Source of the DNA: Spirogloea muscicola
Lineage: Eukaryota
Length of the DNA: 40,411 nucleotides
Reading direction: 5' to 3'
Assembly (NCBI GenBank): GCA_009602725.1
Contig: WELB01000027.1
Location: 240,972 to 281,382, forward strand
A program made the translations under genes and the position numbers. The notes under the pieces were generated by a model. It had not been told where the DNA came from, ran no database searches, and saw nothing but the letters and a program-made list of their open reading frames with translations. Positions 33,401-40,411 of the stretch are shown here, piece after piece; position 1 is the first letter of the stretch, and the number at the start of each line of letters is the position of its first letter.

Positions 33401-34612
33401 AGGCCACCATTTGATTTGAACTCAGAACCTGGCGAACGGGGAGATAGCAACTTGGGTGCTCCAGAGAGGACCGAGGATGGGATGAAGACTTGGCTGCCTC
33501 AAAGTGCCGATGTGCTTCCTATGTCAGCTGGCCACCTACTTGAGACAGCCATTGCAAGATCTTTCGAAGCAAGGGAAGGGGAGAGGGTTCATGCACAGAA
33601 CGGGGCTTCTTCTAGCGTGCAAGCAATCGGACTGTTTTTTCCTTCAGTGTCCACTCATAACACTGATGTGCCTGACACGAAGGCAGGAGAAAGTAGAGGC
33701 AAGGAGGTGGTTACAGTCATAAACAGATCCAGCTTGTTGGACCTCACGCTGGGCAGCAGGAAAGGAGATTTGCTAAGGAAGCGCGAGGCAGATGATGAGG
33801 CTGTGCGCGAGAGAGCAGCAGTGGAGCAAGAGAAGAAGAAGCTGCTGCAGCTGAAAGAGGAGCTCGAGCGGAGGGAGCGGGCGCTGGATGGGAGGGAGCG
33901 GGCGCTGGATGAGAGAGAGAAGAAGCAGGAGAAGGAGCATGTGCGGAGGGAGCGGGCGCTGGATGAGAGAGAGAAGACCGTTCTTCAGCAAGAGAAAGAG
34001 CTGGCGGAGAAGAAGGCTGATTTGTGTGCTGCGCTTGTGGCAGCTCAAGGAGGCTTATTTCAGCATGGTAGCCTAGCTAGGAGAGAGCGACTGCAGGGCG
34101 AGGAGGATGGCAAGAGTGGCAGGTCTGCATACAATGGGACAACCAGCGAGATGGAAGCGGAGGGGCGAAGCGCGTGGAGGAGGGAGAGGGAGCCCAGCAA
34201 TCCACCGAAAAGGGCTCGACATGAGGACAGCTCGCGACGACATACAAGTGACAGATCGAGCCCTGGCTCGCCGCTACGAAGTAGCCGATACCAGGCGGGC
34301 AGCCAAGGAGACAGGTATCCGCCTCGCAGGTCCTCGGAGATACCCAGTGACACAAGGACTGAGGATAGGGGTTGGAGCGCCAGAGACCACACTGACTCAA
34401 GGGCAGAAGACAGGGGTTGGGGTGCCAGGGACTACGTGACGAGGCGGGAAGAGCAGGACAGTCCGCCGTGCAGGCTCGCGCGGTCGAGGCTGAGCCCAGA
34501 GCGTGGTCCATCTCGACGAGGCGGCAGACTCCCTGCTGAGATGAGCGGGCGGAGTCCTCCCAGTGAAGGAGAAAGGCGAAATGACTTGATGGGTGGCAGG
34601 AGGTTTGATTGA
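30446..34612 (+). CDS. Large uncharacterised protein: three candidate LOTUS/OST-HTH domains, EAR-like motifs, coiled coil and Arg/Ser-rich tail; start in or before the N-gap
   Basis: Exons <30446-30899, 31328-33203 (alternative donor after 33113) and 33383-34612 join in frame (phase 2, then phase 0). The long open frames (660 and 411 aa in the ORF track) support coding. Domain calls are by eye only. Confidence 0.8.
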
Positions 34613-35454
34613 GGGGCAATGGATGCAGGAAGGCTGTCCAAGATTTTGTGCATAGTGAGGTATTCAGTCACAGGCCCCTCTATTGGCCTCCCTTTGTGCA
34701 TGGGGAGGCCTCGTCGCACAATACGGCAGCAACGACATCCAGAGTTGCAGCTAATGACGGATAAGAGAGTGGTGCAGTCCTCATGCAGTTCATAGTAAAC
34801 GGCTTCAAGAGTGAGATGATGGCTCGCCAGCAGAAAGAGACTCAGAAGTCATGCCAAGAGGAAGGATAACATGGGGCTTGACAGCCGACCTTGGAGGCAC
34901 GACGAGAATCCGTCAAGGAGAATCTGTTTTGATTGTTGCTTCAGCTCTTGGGCTGCTGGACCCGTCCTGACATGCATCAGCATGAACATGTTTCTGATGA
35001 ATAGTTGATGCATAGAAGACCAGGTTACTACTAGTAGGACCTACTGTATTTCACTGTTGCAGACCATGCCTCCTTGAGTAACGTGTGAGAGCAAGCACGA
35101 CTGTTGGGATACTTTTCTGTGAGCAGCTGTGCAAGCCGCCCTGGTGCCTGAGCATATTTTTTCGAAGTGCTCCTTGGAGCTCCTGCTCACTGTGATATAC
35201 CTGGGAAGCCGTTATTGTCCTCAGTACACGTCGTGTGGTCGATGACATTTGCTAATATTTAGAACAAGTTTTCCGAGAGGCTGATACTCGAACTCCACTG
35301 CACAATATCTCCCACCACCCTTGCCTCACACCTCCAGGAATTATTGCCTCATACGGCGCCACACTCGGCCACAGCAATATTGCCTGTGGCACAGCAACCG
35401 ATAAGACTCACCAATAAGACTCTACTTGACAACATTGCGCCGTGCCTGGCTGAT

Positions 35455-38400
35455 CTAAGACTTCATGCTCCCGCCTCGGTTGGAAGAGCTGGAGTTTGAT
35501 CGTTCAAGGCCCGGGCCATGCGGCCCGCCCCCCTGAGGAACGGCATGATGGAACATCTGGCCACTACCGCCATGCCCGAAGGGTGGCCCACCAAATTGGA
35601 TAGCCCCTTGCAGTACGCCACCACCTGCGTAACAGAGTAGCCCAAGCAACGCAGAAGTAGAGCAGCGGCCTCAGCTTATGGTAACGAGCAAGGGCAAGGC
35701 CTGCACTGCTCAGTACATACTTGCTTCACCACAGCAGAACGGAGATGCATTGTCATACCCCGGTGCTTGCCGGAGTGTTGGCCTTGCTGCTGCGGCGGCG
35801 GCTGCTGAGGTGGTGGCGGAGGCCCAGGCGGCTGCTGCAGCGGGATTGGCATTAGCTGCTGCTGTGCTGCAAGGGGGACCATCACCATCTGCCCTTGCTG
35901 GTTATACATCAGCTGGTGTGGGTAATGGACCTGCGTCACAAGCATGAAACCTTGTCAATAGAATCTTAGGATGTAGCTTTGGAATGTCCTTGTTGCATGA
36001 TTCTCATGGAAGCAGGTGATGGCCAAGTTATCCTCAGAGCAGGAAACCGGAGCTTGCAATCACAGGTGCCTGAGTCATTCAGGCAGCAACATTACTCGAA
36101 CCTGTTGCCCATTTGGATACACATAGGGGAGTGGGCCCTGCGCCTGGCCCTGGTTGATCAATGGCATCCGGATGCCCCCCGTGGGCTGAGCGTACATGGG
36201 GGCCACCATCTAACGGCAAGACATATAGCGAAACATAAGGGTGCGCTCCAAAGACACTGGCAACAGAATGTTCACAAGCTTTTGCAGTTCCCCACAAGCT
36301 GACAGGGCATGGTAATCAATCATCAAGAGCAAGATGCTCTTGGTATAACCTGATCATACGATTCACATAGATTATTCGATGTATTCTACATTTTCTACAA
36401 GCTGTAACAAATATGCATATGGTGCACTAGCCATACCTGTTGCTGAGAGTGCTGAGGAAGCTTCATGCCTGGCTGCTGTGTGGCATTTGCGTTACCATGC
36501 AAGCTGAAGCCGCCAGCCCCTGGCGGAGGAGGCTGCGAGAAGCTGCCGACCATGGCTGCCATGCTTGCCGGGTACTGCCCGCCAAAGGGCACACCGGGAC
36601 CCCCCGCAGCAGCCACCGCCTGGCTTTGCAAGTACGGCTGCGGGGCCAGGAATGGCATACCGCCGCCGCCGCCGCCCCCCTGCCCCGGCGCCAAGCCAAC
36701 GGGCCCGCCGCCGCCGCCTGGAAGGAAGACGGGGGATGGGCCTGCGACTGCCGCGCCTGGTGCAGCGGGCCTCGCCTGCTGCTGGCCTTGCTGGAACTGA
36801 GGGGGTGCCGCTGCGGCGCTGCTTGAGCGCCCACTCCCAACTGCTGTCGCGGGGCTCGGCATGAACGCCTTTGCATTGGGGTTGAGCTTAAATTCCTTGG
36901 CATGCGGATTCAACGTGGACAACTTGGCGGGGCTCGATGCCCCTGCACCGGTAGTTGCGGGGTTGGCCGAGGAGGCGTCAGACGGGGCGGGGAGGGAGGC
37001 AGCAGACGGCGTAGCAGCAGCGGCGGCCGGGGAGCTCGCTGTGGCAGCATTCTTGGCCGCCGCCAATGACGCCTTGCTGGCAGCTGCTGGCACTGCAGCT
37101 GCCGCTGGCTTGAGCTCCGTCTTGGTGTCGTGCTTGAGCTCCGGCGAGGAGCTCGGCCTAGAGAGGGCCTCGCTCGTTGTCTTGGCTGAAAGTTCATGTG
37201 AAACAGAGGAAAGTTAGCGCAGACCTGGGTCTCACGGCACCTGTCATCAAGGAACTGTAAGATGACTACTGTGACAACTGGTGCATGGATCACAGGCATT
37301 GAGGAGTCAGGTCCACGGTGGTCATACGTGCTGCAGGGGAGCCCGGCTGCGATCCTCGGCCCAGCTGGATCACGTGAGCAAGCGCACAAGCGAGGTCGCC
37401 GTCAGGCAAAGCCATGGCAGCTCGCATTGTCATGCAGTGCTCGCGTTGCATAGAAGAACAGTGAAATTCCAGACAGACGAACTCACTACCGAAGCACTGC
37501 TGACCATCCGGTCAGCGCAGATTTGACTCTATAAGAAGTTCAGATTCCTTCGCCTCCTCCCTCCCTCCCTCCCTCCCTCCCTCCCNTCCTTCCCCCCCTC
37601 TCTCGGGCGCGCTCGCTCGCTCGCTCTCTATGCGGCTTTGCCCAAAGTTCCTGGACAGAAGGACTGACCGTGCGATCCTTGAGGGATTCGCTGAAGGACT
37701 TGAGCCCATCCACCACCTCTTCACGCTGCTTCTTGTCCTTCTTCTTTGTCTCCTGCAGCTTGAACTCGTGGAACTCCCTGTAACCACCCTCAGCAGCAAC
37801 AGATAAGAGAGAAAGAGAGAGAGGGAGAGAGGGAGGGAGGAAGGAAGGGTATCATACCACGCACACACACAAGCACTATAGGGTGGCACACTTGTATGTG
37901 GAGATTGGTGCCCGGCAATATTTTCAGCTCTCTGCAAGTTAAACGATGACTGCAAGCCTGTGGTGGAGGACAAGGATGGTGGAAACAAAGTGAGGGCTTT
38001 GTGGCTGAGATGGCGCACCTGACGACCTCCTCGGCCAGCTGTGGACAGGAGGGGTCAAGGTTGAGGGCCTGGATGGACGCCGGCTCGCCCAGCATCGGGG
38101 ACATGAGCGGCGACCGCCGCCCGACTGGGCTGTGGTACGGCGACCCGCCCCCACCACCCGCTGCCTTGACGATGGCGCGCTTATTCTGCGCACGGTCGCC
38201 TGGGTTCAGCCGCAGCCGCAGGTGCTCCTTATGGAAGTCTGCGGCATCCAACATCGCCGCCGTCATGCCGCCCAGCTGCGCCGCCGGTGCCGCCCGGCGG
38301 TCGCTGCCGCCGCCTCCGATGATGGCTGGTGAGGCGGCCCCATGCACGCCATTGGCCGGTGAATGCGGCTGCAGCCAAGATCCAAGCCGGCGTAAGTCGA

Positions 38401-40411
38401 CACGCAGCGAAGGAGCGCTGGCAACGATATGCAATACCACAATGACACCAACATATCTCAATCTGCGGAGTCCCCGCACCTGGCCGGCGCTATCTGTACT
38501 GAGCAGGCCACCTTCGACAGCTTCGGGCGTCGGCGGAGTGGCCGGCCCGGTGGACGCAGCGGCGGCATAGCCTCCTACAGTTGCCACAGTTTCTGGGGGG
38601 CTGCCCGGCGTGGCCAGCTCCAAGACGGCGCTGGAGTTCCGCGACGGAGGGGGTCCCGGGGAGGAGGCCTCGCCAGCCGCTGGCCCAAATGTCTCGTCGT
38701 TGCGGTCGTCGATGCCTCGGTCCTCCTCGTCGTTGGCGCCCTTGTCGGCGTCCTCGCTGTGCACGAGCATCTTGCGGCTGCGTCACACATGCTAGATGGA
38801 CAAGACCGAACGCAAGCGCCAGGCTCTTCACAACGAGCTGCAGCAGGAGCGTGTGAGTGTACCTGCGGACGACAGAGGAGTAGCGCGTCTCCTCGTCCAA
38901 TTCCTCGACCCCCGGCGCCAGCCGCAGACCCCGCTCCTGCCATGGCCGGCGGGCCTCCATAAACAAATCAGCACCACCACAACAGCTCCTTGAAGCACCT
39001 GATTCATTTCCTCATTCCAGCTTCTCTCCTCTCTCCCCCCTGCCTCTGCGTCCTCTGCTAATGGCAACTCTGAGCAACTAAGACCGGGGGACCACTATTG
39101 CTACAAACAAGCTTCACCTCCGCAAGATGGTTGTTCCGCGTGGCCTGACTCTCGATCTCACGGGCGATGCGAGCTGCCTCACGCTCGCGCCCCGGAGGCC
39201 CCCGCTCCAGCTTCGTCGTGTACAGGCTCTCATCGAAGCTCGTCTCCACGCCGAACAGCGCACGATTCGCCTCAAACTGGTCCCAGCTCCTCCTGACCAC
39301 AACATAAAGTAAAAACGCAGAAAAGCTTCAGTCCACCTCGGCTGTCGGTCGATCGGCCGATCGACGCTCAGTCAAGCAATCCTCAATAGGGCTGGGAGGC
39401 GGATTTCTCCAGCGGCTGCTGCAGCAAAGGCAGCGACAGCGTTCGCTCGCACCCGTTCCACGGTGTCTGTTCAAGTGGCAGGCTCCGGTGGTGCCCAGCC
39501 TCGTCACCGACGTCGGGCCGCCAGGGCTTGAGCTCGCGCTCCGCCACGCTGGCGCGGCGTCCTGATATGCCCAGATCCGTGGCCAGCTCACCACGGCCAC
39601 CGCCGTTGCTTCCGCTGCCTACAGCGTCCCGCAGCCGCCCGTTGGGCAGCACCTCCCGCTCAAGTGGGACGTCCTGTCAATGCAACAGCAGCAGACACAA
39701 AGGGAGGGGGAAGGGGTTGACTGTCTGTGTGCAGCTTTGGCACACGCCTGGCTAAGAAAAAGTTCAGCATCAGATTCTTGCACACGGATGTGCTGCAAAG
39801 CAGCGCAGGCACTTAGCTAAACGAAGTATTCTGACCTTGGCAATAATCTGAACGAAGTCCTTTGCGTGGACTACGAGCGTCTTGATCGGCGGCTGGCGGG
39901 CTGCCTCGCGCAGCACCTCGGTGCGGCCAGCGGTGCTGCTGCCCTTGGCAGCGCTGCCGTCCTTGGTCAGGCGCGCCATCCGGAGCACGACACCTAAAAG
40001 CAGCAGGCCCGCCGCGCCGCCACGGCGGATGGCTGTGAGCGACCTGGGCACCTCAAGGGTCTGAAGGTGCGCCTAGACTGAGGCAGCCTTGGAGGCCCCT
40101 CCCTCAGTCCGACGGCAGCACAGCGTGAGCAGCACGAGGGCGTCGACGGAGTGGCAGAATGCTGCGAGCAGCGGGCAGTGCAGGCGCACCAAAGCCGCTC
40201 TCGGTATTGGCGGTGTGGAAGATGCCGGAGTAGACGGCGCCGGATCGCGTGACGACGTCCACAGGGTGCCCAATCAAGCACATGGTCACGAATAGGAGGC
40301 GGTGGTGCAGAGCCTCAGCGTCCCGCTCGCCAGCGGCGGGGGGAGCGGCGGCGGCTCCAGCGCCGGCGTAGGGCAGCGGCAGCGCCGGATGCGGCACGTG
40401 CGGCGGCGGCG
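35455..40411 (-). CDS. CID4: Ataxin-2 homolog / poly(A)-binding-protein-interacting protein (CID3/CID4-like); 5' end beyond window
   Basis: Exons (minus): >40411-40190, 39993-39836, 39673-39453, 39292-39118, 38936-38863, 38777-38480, 38368-38019, 37777-37669, 37364-37328, 37185-36437, 36209-36102, 35930-35759, 35624-35455. Lsm domain RLLFVTMCLIGHPVDVVTRSGAVYSGIFH. LsmAD WDQFEANRALFGVETSFDESLYTTKL..AARIAREIE..HLAEERG..DEETRYSSV. Tandem PAM2 STLNPHAKEFKLNPNAKAFMP. Q/P-rich tail. Confidence 0.94.

Noticed and set aside
36855..36925. Overlapping tandem PAM2 motifs as a novelty
   Set aside because: Tandem PAM2 motifs are already known in plant CID3/CID4-type Ataxin-2 proteins.

Overview
Eukaryotic, GC-rich, intron-rich DNA from a green-plant lineage. 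A streptophyte alga such as a zygnematophyte is my inference from land-plant-like genes, short introns and GC content; the species is not identified. Eight spliced or single-exon genes were reconstructed by hand from splice sites and reading frames: a Sec14/CRAL-TRIO protein (+), a BRAWNIN-like microprotein (-), alternative oxidase (-), an MS5/TDM1/SDI1-family TPR protein (-), a NUDT23-like Nudix hydrolase (+), an unknown 4-TM protein (-), PEX10 (+) and an Ataxin-2/CID3-4 homolog (-). There is also a large unknown protein (+) with three candidate LOTUS/OST-HTH domains plus EAR-like motifs, and an orphan exon of glutamate-1-semialdehyde aminotransferase. Five intergenic blocks are piles of 5'-truncated 3' ends of a restriction-like-endonuclease (CRE-like) non-LTR retrotransposon family. 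These copies share a structured ~80-nt 3'UTR module (hairpin, possible pseudoknot, CTTCTT tail) and are nested in and stacked behind one another. That family and the LOTUS/EAR protein are the best candidates for undescribed biology. Two N-gaps (10029-10736, 30353-30445) probably hide gene starts. All family assignments rest on motif recognition by eye, with no database searches.
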